This document shows, piece by piece, positions 52,918-64,000 of a stretch of DNA of 64,000 nt. The DNA is taken from contig OX597824.1 of the NCBI GenBank assembly GCA_951406725.2, forward strand, positions 75,206,001 to 75,270,000, given 5' to 3'. How positions within the stretch are numbered: the stretch's first letter is position 1; the number at the start of each line of letters is the position of its first letter. This stretch comes from Octopus vulgaris (Eukaryota). Made by a program: the position numbers and the translations under genes. Under the pieces are notes generated by a model that ran no database searches, was not told where the DNA came from, and saw only the letters and a list, made by a program, of their open reading frames with translations.

Positions 52918-52955
52918 TCTTTTACGTTTCGAGCCTACGCTCTTCAACAGAAAGA
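52918..52955 (-). ncRNA. Minimal type I hammerhead-ribozyme-like motif with variant core CUGUUGA
   Basis: TCTTT-CTGTTGA-A-GAGC(GTAG)GCTC-GAAA-C-GTA-AAAGA: 5-bp stem I, 4-bp stem II, palindromic ACGU helix III, GUA triplet. Confidence 0.65.
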
Positions 52956-53597
52956 TACACAGAAAAGAAACACGGAAAGAAACAAGGAGAGAAAAAAATG
53001 CGTGCAGAAGCTAGTGAATCAACATGATATATATATATATATACACGCACACACATTTGAACGATGTCATTGTCAGTGCCACTGGATTGGCTCCTGTGCA
53101 GGTGGCACATAAAAAACACCATTTGAGCGTGGCCGTTGCCAGCACCGCCTGATTGGCCCTTGTACCGGTGGCACGTAAAAGCACCAACTACACTCTTGGA
53201 GTGGTTGGCGTTAGGAAGGGTATCCAGCTGTAGAAACTCTGTCAGATCAGATTGGAGCTTGGTGCAGCCTTCTGGTTCGCCAGTCCTCAATCAAGTCGTC
53301 CAACCCATGCTAGTATGGAAAGCGAACGTTAAACGATGATGATGATGATATATATATATATATATATAAGGCAGTGAGCTGGCAGAAACGTTAGCACACC
53401 GGGCGAAATGCGTAGCCGTATTTCGTCTGCCGTTACATTCTGAGTTCAAATTCCGCCGAGGTCGACTTTGCCTTTCATCCTTTCGGGGTCGATAAATTAA
53501 GTACCAGTTACGCACTGGGGTCGATGTAATCGACTTAATCCGTTTGTCTGTCCTTGTTTATCCCCTCTGTGTTTAGCCCCTTGTGGGTAATAAAGAA

Positions 53598-53658
<61 letters not shown>

Positions 53659-53679
53659 CTGCAGTCATGCTGGGGCAAC

Positions 53680-54010
53680 CACCGTTGGCTGTGCTACACC
53701 ATTACATGAAACCTCCCCTGATATGTGGCATTTGGTGAATGAGGAAGTTTGATGCTGCTGCTTTCATCTGTGTTTCCTGCCATGAGGCAGGCTCATCTGG
53801 AACCCTTGACAAGAGGAGATCCAGTTTTGTTTGCGCCACACAAGAGTACCTCCATCAATCACATCATGGGTAAATAATTGGAATTGAGAATTACCCAACA
53901 GCAGTATCCAGTCTGTATAATTGATTCTCTATGATGATGGACTACTTCACCGTCTGCTTTGTGTAATTCAATCAAGCCAATTGCTGGCATCCTATATGTT
54001 AATATGCCCT
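53680..54010 (-). mobile_element. Old CR1-group LINE 3' fragment
   Basis: Minus translation KLDLLLSRVPDEPASWQETQMKAAASNFLIHQ. Confidence 0.55.
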
Positions 54011-55831
54011 GATTCTTAATGAATTCTTTCAACAGAAATATATATATGGAACCTTAATCGCTTTTTCATTTGATATATATTTCAATCAAATGAAAACAGA
54101 TTAAGGACCCAGGTGAAATACTCTCTGAAAACCAGCACAATTTAACTCCAAATAATATAAATGAAAAAATTTTCTTCTCTTCTTTATTCACTTGAGTGAT
54201 TACAAGATCAATTAAAAATTGCATTTCCTGTACTAGAGAACTACGTATTCTCCCTCCAAAGTTATCAAAAACATCTGTTAGCCAGCTGGAATAAAATGTA
54301 TAATTATCCATTAAGATTGTCCCTTTTTCTATTAATACTTTGTAACGGCAAAATAATTTTACTCGGTGACTAAACTTTGGATTTACAAAACAGTTACAGA
54401 AGTCTTGTGCAGGCTTTTGCCTGACCAGCTCCTGTTGAACCATCCCACCCATGCCAGCATGGAAGGTGGATGTCAAACGATGATGATGATGTTTATACAC
54501 ACACACATAAGGCAGCGAGCGGGCAGAAACGTTAGCACGCTGGGCGAAATGCGTAGCCGTATTTCGTCTGCCGTTACGTTCTGAGTTCAAATTCCGCCGA
54601 GGTCGACTTTGCCTTTCATCCTTTCAGGGTCGATAAATTAAGTACCAGTTATGCACTGGTGTCAATGTGATCGACTTAATCTGTTTGTCTGTCCTTGTTT
54701 GTCCCCTCTGTGTTTAGCTCGTTGTGGGTAGTAATGAAATAGATGTTGATACACACACACATCTTTTAGCATTTACTTATTTCTTATTTCAGCCATTGGA
54801 CTGTGGCCATGCTGGGACACTGCCCTGATGATGATGATGATGATACTGATGATGACAATGACAATGATGATAATGATGATGATGATGATAATGATGATGA
54901 CAATGATGATGGTGGTGGTGGTGATGCTGATGATAAGTATAACTGACAAAAAAAAAAAAAAAAGGAGCTGTTTTCTATACCTTTTCTAAATGGTTAACTT
55001 CTAAAGTGCCTAGTGTGACCTGTACTGTTTTTATTTCATTTCCAACAGTCTACGAAGACATTAAAACTGAGAAAACACTGTTATACACAATAATCTCGCA
55101 ATATTAAATCAGAAATCAAAAATCCCAACACTATAATACAACACACACACAAACACACGTTCTATACACTCATCTCCCAGTCCTATAATACAAGTCATAC
55201 ATTTTTTATTCTATACAATATCCTCTATAACACAATTTATACAAGCCATATTCTACATAATTACCTCCCAAAAGTACACAAACTATATATATATATATAC
55301 GTATTGGCATAGAAGTGGCTGTGTGGTAAGTAGCTTGCTTACGAACCACATGGTTCCAGGTTCATTCCCACTGCGTGGCACCTTGGGCAAGTGTCTTCTA
55401 CTATAGCCTCGGGCTGACCAAAGCCTTGTGAGTGGATTTGGTAGACAGAAACTGAAAGAAGCCCGTCATATATATATATGTATATATATGTATGTATGTG
55501 TGTGTGTGTGTGTGTATATGTTTGTGTGTCTGTGTTTGTCCCCCCAACATTGCTTGACAACCGATGCTGGTGTGTTTACATCTCTGTAACTTAGCAGTTC
55601 AGCAAAAAGAGACTGACAGAATAAGTACTAGGCTTACAAAGAATAAGTCCTGGGGTCGATTTGCTCGACTAAAAGGCGGTACTCCAGCATGGCCACAGTC
55701 AAATGACTGAAACAAGTAAAAGAGTAAACTATAGAGAAACATCTCAATAATACGGCATTTCACGCAATACATATTCAACAGAATTGTCTCACAATACTTT
55801 GATAATGAAACTCACACAACACCTACTACAC

Positions 55832-56290
55832 CAGTGGTTCTCAACTGGGGTCCATGTAAGATTTTTGGTGGGGTCCACACAAGGAAAATAGCAGATGAGA
55901 GATCCTTCTCGCGCCATGCCTGGCTCATAAGGACCGGTTTCCCGGTTTCCTTGGCGTATAGGTTCCCCACCTGGATGGGACGCCGGTCCGTCACAGGTGA
56001 GCTGCAAGATGCAGGAGGAAAGAGTGAGAGAAAGTTGTGGCGAAAAAGTCAGCAGAAGTTCGCCACAACCTTCTGCCGGAGCCGCGTGGAGCGTAGGTGT
56101 TTTGCTCATAAACACACACATCGCCCGGTCTGAGATTCGAACCTGCGATCCCTCGACCACGAGTCTGCTGCTGTAACCACTAGGCCATGTGCCTCCACAC
56201 AAATGAGAGATCCACAGTAGTACATTAAGGGTTCATAAAAAAAATTTGCTTTAAATGTGCTTATGGCAAGAAACAGCTTGATTTCTTTCT
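55832..56290 (+). mobile_element. hAT-type MITE fragment with a nested family F SINE
   Basis: CAGTGGTTCTCAAC terminus; the SINE is flanked by ATGAGAGATCC duplicates. Confidence 0.55.
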
Positions 56291-58026
56291 CTTTTTCTCC
56301 TCTCTCTTTTACTTGTTTCAGTCATTTGACTGTGGCCATGCTGCAGCACCGCCTTTAGTCACGCCAATCGACTCCAGGACTTATTCTTTGGAAGCCTAGT
56401 ACTTATTCTATCAATCTCTTTTGCCAAACCACTAAGTTACTGGGACGTAAACACACCACCATTGGTTGTCAAGTGATGTTGGCGGGGGACAAACACAAAC
56501 ACATAAACACACACATGCATATATATACATACATATATATGATGGGCTTCTTTCAGTTTCCGTCCACGAAATCCACTCACAAGGCTTTGGTCGGCCCGAG
56601 GTTATAGTAGAAGACACTTGCCCAAAGTGCCATGCAGTGGGAATGAACCTGGAACCATGTGGTTGTTAAGCAAGCTACTTACCACACAGCCACTCCTGTG
56701 CCTATATATATATACACACACGCATACACACACACTAACACACACAAACACACAGAGGCACATACACACATTGCTTACAACTATATCCGACAATGAAATA
56801 CTGTGATCCCTCACCATATCGTGGTTCACCTTTTGTGGTTTATTATTGAAGCTTGTGTCAATTCCTCCGTGGGGTTGTTTTGCATTTATAATAAAATAGA
56901 TATATACAAATTATAAAAATGATTAAAAAAATATATATATTCAGTGTAGTACTGTTTCTATTTCAGGGATTTTCACCTGTCGCGTTTGGTTTTGGAACAT
57001 AACACCTGCGATATTTTAGAGATTACTGTAATCTGTAAACAACCACGACATGTTGTATACAACCACATCCTACATAACAAATATCCTGCTGAATAACATC
57101 ATAGAAGACACTCGACACAATCACATTGCAAACAGCACATATTTGCACAATCACACAATACACATATCTTACAAGGCGGCGAGCTAGCAGAAACGTTAGT
57201 ACGCCGGGCGATATGCTTAGCGTCTGCCGCTACGTTCTGAGTTCAAATTCCGCTGAGGTCGACTTTGCCTTTCATCCTTTTGGGGTCGATGAATTAAGTA
57301 CCAGTTACGCACTGGGGTCGATGTAATCGACTTAAGCCGTTTGTCTGTCCTTGTTTATCCTCTCTGTGTTTAGCCCCTTGTGGGTAGTAAAGAAATAGGT
57401 ATTTCGTCTGCCGCTATGTTCTGAGTTCAAATTCTGCTGAGGTCGACTTTGCCTTTCATCCTTTCGGGGTTGATAAATTAAGTACCAGTTACGCACTGGG
57501 GTCGTTGTAATCGACTTAATCCCTTTGTCTGTCCTTGTTTGTCCCCTCTATGTTTAGCCCCTTATGGGCAATAAAGAAATAAAAAATGTTAGCACGTCAG
57601 GCAAAATGCTTAGTGGTATTCATTTGTCTTTACATTCTGTGTTCAAATTCAATCGAGGTTGACTTTGCCTTTCAGCCTTTTGGGGTTGATAAATTAAGTA
57701 TCAGTTGTGTACTGGGGTCGATCTAATTGACTGCGCCCCCCTCCCCCAAAATTTTGAGCCTTGTACCTAGAGTAGAAAAGGATATGTTCTTATAGTTCTA
57801 CCAACTTTAGATTTTGGGCCTTGTGCCTAGAGTAGAAAAGAATACACATATCCTACACAACAACCCCCTCAATGCTACACAAGATTTCACAAATAAAGAA
57901 AACAAACAAAAACAACACAATAAGAAGCAACAAACTACCCACACCAACTGTCAATTGTTAGGACACCGTATCCTTCAAAATTTCCACACTTCACAAAATT
58001 TGCCAATGCACCTATACCTTTTTTAT

Positions 58027-58384
58027 CAAGGCTGTGGAGTCTGAATCAGAGTCGTGGAGTCGGAGTTCTAGAGTCAGAGTTGGGATCGTGGAGTCGGAGT
58101 CATCGAGTCGAAGTCAGAAACAATTAAGGGGTAGTTGGAGTTGGAGTCAGAGTCAGTAAAGCTAAACCGAATTTGATTCCAATTCACAATGTCTTTATTC
58201 TTTAATATAAACCAATTATAACATATAGGCCAACTAAAAGTACAAGTGTATGCATATGCTTTATGAGATAAGTAGACCATAATCACTTGATTACATAAAG
58301 AGAAATCGGAGTCGGAATCGGAGTTAAGGGTGCCAATAGTACAGGAGTTGGAGTTGAAGTTTTTGTTTCAACTCCACAGCCTTG
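58027..58384. mobile_element. hAT-type MITE with internal GGAGTC/GGAGTT repeats
   Basis: TIR CAAGGCTGTGGAGT / ACTCCACAGCCTTG; near-matching 8-bp flanks TTTTTTAT/CTTTTTAT. Confidence 0.8.
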
Positions 58385-61239
58385 CTTTTTATGGCTTATT
58401 TTCTGTTCACTTCCTCGTGTTCTTGTGTTTCATTCTGTCTGCCGTGCGTGTAATTTTGGCTACAATTGCTCTTTCTTTACTTGACTTACTACTACTTTCT
58501 GTCCGCTCTTTTACCCTCTTCTGCTGGGTTGTAGTGCACTTGAGCACAATATACAATAACAATGTAAGTCAAGTGGGGAGACTCTGCATAAACAGCCAGA
58601 GAAAATAAAAAACAGCAAAAATCTCCTCTCAAATAAAACTCTATCATCTTGAAAAAAAAAGAAAAAAGAGGCACACATTGGATAATGTACTCCTAGATAG
58701 ACTATGCTTGGGAAAAAAAAAACAAAAACAAAAAATAAAAACAAGTGGTCACAGCTGGAATGTCTTTGATCATAAGTCTGTGCTGTAGGGAAATTATCAG
58801 TCATGCACACACACACACACACACACACAGCTGTTCAAGAATTTGGTCCTGGAGATCTCCATTTCCAGTGACTTTGAGGGCTACCTCCCAGTGGTGTCAG
58901 GTGTCAACGAAGAGCCCTCGACTACAACAAGACGAGCAAAGTTTTTTTTTTTTTTCCAAGGTCTAGAGTCTCCCGCCCCTAAGCCCTAGATCATCACCTA
59001 ATCACCCTTACCCGTCTTGTTGCTTAACAACAACAACAACAACACACACACTGTCACATGCACACACATATGCATTTGCATATACACACATGCATATATT
59101 ATAGAGCCTATACTTACATTTTGTTCATCCATTACACTCCATTCTGAGTGAAGATCCTGAAATTAACAGAGTATAAAGAAATTATGTTAGATTTGAGTTA
59201 AACATCAAATGTTTTGAAAAAAAGACAGAAGTGAAATATAGACAAGCAACAACTGATAAGTGTGTTTATAGACTTTATCAATTATAACAATAATAAAGAA
59301 CAGTGGCACTTAGAAGGTACCAATCGGGTGTGATCGTTACCAGTGTAGCCTTACTGGCACTCGAGCCCCATGCTAATAGGGTATTAAGAGCACCATCCGA
59401 GCATGATCGTTGCCAGAGCGGCTATCTGGCCTCCATGCTGGTGGCACGTAAAAGACACCATTCAAGTGTGATCGTTACCAGCATTGCCTTACTGGCACCT
59501 GTACCGGTGGCATGTGTAAAAGATTCGAGCGTGGTTGTTGGCAGTACCACCTGACTGGCATGTAAAATCACCCACAACACTCTCGGAGTGGTTGGCATTA
59601 GGAAGGGCATCCAGCTGTAGAAACTCTGCCAGATCAAGATTGAAGCCTGGTGCAGCCATCTGGTTCGCCAGCCCTCAGTCATTCGTCTAACCCATGCTAA
59701 CATGGAAGGCGGATGTTAAACGAGGATGATGAATGATGATGAAAGCTTTTGGAATGTATCTCTCAGATCAATTTTATATTCCATTATAAGGTATCATACA
59801 TAGATAGTCATGTATCAGTCTTGAGAGACCATGAATCTGTACTTGGTGAATTTTCTCTCAGCTGCTGATGGAGGTATAGCATTTGCTGTGGCCTTACAGG
59901 CCCACATGGGAGATGCAGTCTTACATACAAGGGGGTGCTGAAAAGTTCCTGACTTTAGGGGTATTGGGAAAGACCTACATGGAGGTCCAACATTCGGTGT
60001 TCTTTCACAGGGCTTAGAAAAAATTGAGGGATCACTGCAATATGTGTGTGAATCTGAGAGGGGAATACATTGATTAAAATCATAATTAAGGAGTGGCTGT
60101 GTGGTAAGTAGCTTACTTACCAACCACATGGTTCCGGGTTCAGTCCCACAGCGTGGCACCTCGGGCAGGTGTCTTCTACCATAGCCTCAGGCTGACCAAA
60201 GCCTTGTGAGTGGATTTAATAGACGGAAACTGAAAGAAGCCTGTTATATCTATGTATATGGATATATATGTGTTTGTGTGTCTGTGTTTGTCCCCACAAC
60301 ATTGCCTGACAACTGATGCTGGTGTGTTTACGTCCCCGTAACTTAGCGGTTCAGCAAAAGAGACCAGTAGAATAAGTACTAGGCTTACAAAGAATAAGTC
60401 CTGGGGTCGATTTGCTCGACTAAAGGCAGTGCTCCAGTATGGCCGCAATCAAATGACTGAAACAAGTAAAAGAGTAACTGATCCCTTTGTATTTTCTTTT
60501 ACCCAAAATCATAAACTTTTCACCAGCCCCTCATATGTGGAATGCCTTTAAAGAAGAGCCACCAAATTGTACGACACCCTTGATATCTGTATGAAACGAA
60601 TGGATAATCCTGGAAGGTCTTGGAAGGTATCATACACGAACATTTCAAAATTCATAGAATGACTGTCATTACACATACTTTTGACAGGGGTCACGAAGTA
60701 AAGGCCAGAGCTGGCTTCGCAGTCACAGTTGGAAGCAATTATTGGGTGAATGGGGTTGAAGCTAGTAAAAATTTATTGACTCTGAAACCAACCAAATCAC
60801 CACCATTACCATCACAAACCCATAGACATTCCACAATTAGTTGTAATGTGTCTGTGTTCACAAATAGTGCTGACATTCTAACGTATCACATCAAAGCTAT
60901 TCTCTAATGTAAAGACACCATTGACAATGTGACGTAGAGCATTAATAATAAAACAAGGAACCTGAGAGGATAGGTTCAAAGATATTAAATTAGAATGTAT
61001 TTCTTTACGATATTTGACCATTTTAAGGCAGCGAGCTTGGCAGAATCGTTAGCATGCTGAGCAATATGTTAAGTGGTATTTCTTCCACTGTCTTCATATT
61101 TCGAGTTCAAATTCTGCTGAAGTTACTTTGTCTTTCATCCTTTCTGGGTTGATAAAATAAGTACCAGCTGAAAGCTGGGGTCAATGTAATTGACTTACCC
61201 TGTCATCAGAATTTTTTGGCCATGTGCCAAAAGTTGAAA

Positions 61240-61276
<37 letters not shown>

Positions 61277-64000
61277 CATCATTATTCTTATTATTATTAT
61301 CATCATTGTTATTATTGAGTGAGAGAGCAGTGCATGCCATCAAAGTGACACTGGGGTAAAATATATGGAGCCCAGTATACCCATCATGACTACCTGTCTG
61401 ATAAGGGTACACTAGGTACATGCATCACAACCATATGTGCATGACATAGTGATCTCATATCAAGATAAACAGCGCATGACCTTGCAAGTGGGGCCCAGTT
61501 AGAATTTTCTTCTGGTCGAGTAACCCATCCCGCTCAAAAGGTCCCCGAATAAGGTTCCTGAATAAAGATTGTTTAAGGATGTTGAACGAAACACCCATGT
61601 TTCCAGGCGTGAATTATCCAAACCTCTAAGAATTTCTTTCAACACACAGCTATGCTGCTCCCCAACTACTTCTGCTCATGATCAGAGATGCTCATATCGT
61701 CAGCCACTGAGGGACACGCTCAACTGGTTATGGTCAAACAACTGACAAGCAAATCTGTGGTATTGAGCAGAATATTTGCTGTAGCCCATCTTTTATACCA
61801 AGACAAAACAATGTACATGATAACACTTCTGATCAGTTAAGATCAGAAGCCATGAGAGCCACTGTCTGGTACTGCATCAGGGCATTTATTATTATTATTA
61901 TTAATGCATCAGGGCATCATCATCATTATTATTAAGGTGGTGAGCTGGCAAAATCATTAGAACTTTGGACAAAATGCATTGTGGTATTTCTTCTACCTTT
62001 TCATGGTCTAAGTTAACTTTGTTTTTCATCCTCATCTTTGAGCTCAACAAACATTTCTTTAGAAAAAGCTGATGAAAATACTCAACAGATTTTGCTTCTA
62101 AGTTCAAAGATTTTGCAGGTCCCACGTTACTAATGAAAGCCTTCATGCAATGATCAACAATATGATCGCTCTACGCCTGCTCAGCACCCATAAATGACTT
62201 TGTTTCCTGATTTGCATAGCTCAGTAGTTAGAGCATCGGACTCACACTCATGAGGTAGCAAGTTTGATTCCTGGATCAGGCGGTGTGCGTAGTGTTCTCG
62301 AGCAAGACACTTTATTTCATGTTACTCCAGTTCATTCAGCTGTAGAAATGAGTTGCAACATCACTGGTGCCAAGCTGTATCAGCCTTGGCCTTTCCCTTG
62401 GATAACATTGGTGACATAGAGAGGGAAGGCTGGTATGCATGGGTGACTGCTGGTCTTCCACAAACAACTTTGCTCGGATTTGTGCCTCAGAGGGAAACTT
62501 TCTAGGTACAATCTCATGATCATTTATGACTGAAGGGGTTCTTTTACAGATGACAATGAAATATCACCAATCATTCACTCAAAGTTCAAGACATATTTAT
62601 CTAATTTAATCGCGATTACATTCATCATCATCATCATCATCGTTTAACGTCCACTTTCCATGCTAGCATGGGTTGGATGATTTGACTGAGGACTGGTGAA
62701 CCAGATGGCTGCACCAGACTCCAATCTGATATGGCAGAGTTTCCACAGCTGGATGCCATTCCTAATGCCAACCACTCAGAGAGTATAGTGGGTGCTTTTA
62801 CATTCCACCGGCATGAGGGCCAGTCAGGTGGTACTGGCAATGGCCACACACAAATGGTGCTTTTTATGTGCCACATGCACAGGGGCCAGTCCAGATGCAC
62901 TGGCAACGACCTCGCTCGAATGCTTTTTTCACGTGCCAGTAAGGCGACACAGGTATTGTTAATAAATGCATTTTGTCTGATGTGCCCACAATTCTTTTAC
63001 CTTGCTGTCTTATTTGCAAGTCCAGCAAATTTAGGAGGAGTGGGTAAATCAATTGCATCAACTCCAGTGTTCAAATGGTATGCAGAAGAAATGTTGTTGA
63101 GCATCTTGTCCAACAAGCTGATGATTCAGCCAGATCAGCATGTTCAACTGTAAGATTGTTAATAATTATTAATATCAAAATCGAATCAAATTTCATGACT
63201 GGCACCCATGCCAACCTCCCTTCATTGGACACTAAACTCTGCTTGCGAAGACCTGTTGGGGCTAGTGAAATCCAACTTGAACCAAACTCGATGACTGACA
63301 CCCGTGCCAGTGGAGTGCTAACAGCTCCATCCGAGCGGGATCACTGCCAGGCTTCCGTGCCAGTGACATGTAAAAAGCACCATTTGAGCATGATCATTAC
63401 CAGCGTTGCCTTACTAGCACTTATGCCGGTGGTATGTGAACAATACATTCGAGTGAGGTCATTGCCAGTGCCGCTGGCCTGACTTCTGTGCCGGTGGCAC
63501 ATGAAAGCACCCACTACATTCTCGGAGTGGTTAGCGTTAGGAAGGGCATCCAGCTGTAGAAACTCTGCCAGATCAGATTGGAGCCTGGCGCAGCCATCTG
63601 GTTCGCCAGTCCTCAGTCAAATTATCCAACCAATGCTAGCATGGAAAGCGGACGTTAAATGATGATGATGATGATGAGTGCAGAAGTGGTTCTGTTGTAA
63701 GTAGCTTGCTTACCAACCACATGGTTCTGGGTTCTGTCCCACTGCATGGCACCTCGGGCAAGTGTCTTCTACTGTAGCCTCAGGCCAACCAAAGCCTTGT
63801 GAGTGGATATGGTAGATGGAAACTGAAAGAAGCCTGTTGTATGGCATTAATCCATCATTCTTGTGTTTGGCCCCAAGGCTATATTTATTTATTGTCATCC
63901 ATCATTTCAAATTAGTGTCATTTACTTTTGTACGTCCACCCTGTATTATTTTGTTTGCCCAAGCCCTAATTCTCTGCAAATTTTGTGGTTGCGGCTGATA

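Noticed and set aside
61850-61885. Ribozyme at the 5' end of family D (GCCCTGATGCAGTACC on the minus strand)
   Set aside because: I could not build hammerhead, HDV-like or twister pairings by hand.

Overview
Repeat-saturated, AT-rich eukaryotic DNA, not prokaryotic: no operons, CRISPR array, rRNA or true tRNA genes. The SINE families, microsatellites and RTE, R4 and Penelope-type relics look like an octopus (coleoid cephalopod) genome; this is recall-based inference. One credible protein-coding gene is visible, on the minus strand and 5'-incomplete, with exons 25181-24738, 14238-13642 and a last exon starting at 13531 (Val-stop). The two large exons are both phase 0-0 and each carries one copy of a 116-aa uncharacterised domain (gapless, 66/116 identical by hand count) with a predicted ubiquitin-like beta-grasp pattern. 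The remainder is SINEs, LINE fragments, mariner/maT/pogo/hAT/piggyBac/Helitron-type non-autonomous elements, a 36 x 56-bp minisatellite with a 616-bp higher-order repeat, and microsatellites. The most unusual non-coding signal is a set of elements beside (TA)n tracts: two minimal hammerhead-like motifs with a shared U at position 6, and four fold-back palindromes. The two perfect palindromes turn right at the 3' half of a minimal hammerhead motif. Almost all ORFs in the supplied track are repeat artefacts. Repeat boundaries are approximate unless TIRs or TSDs are cited.
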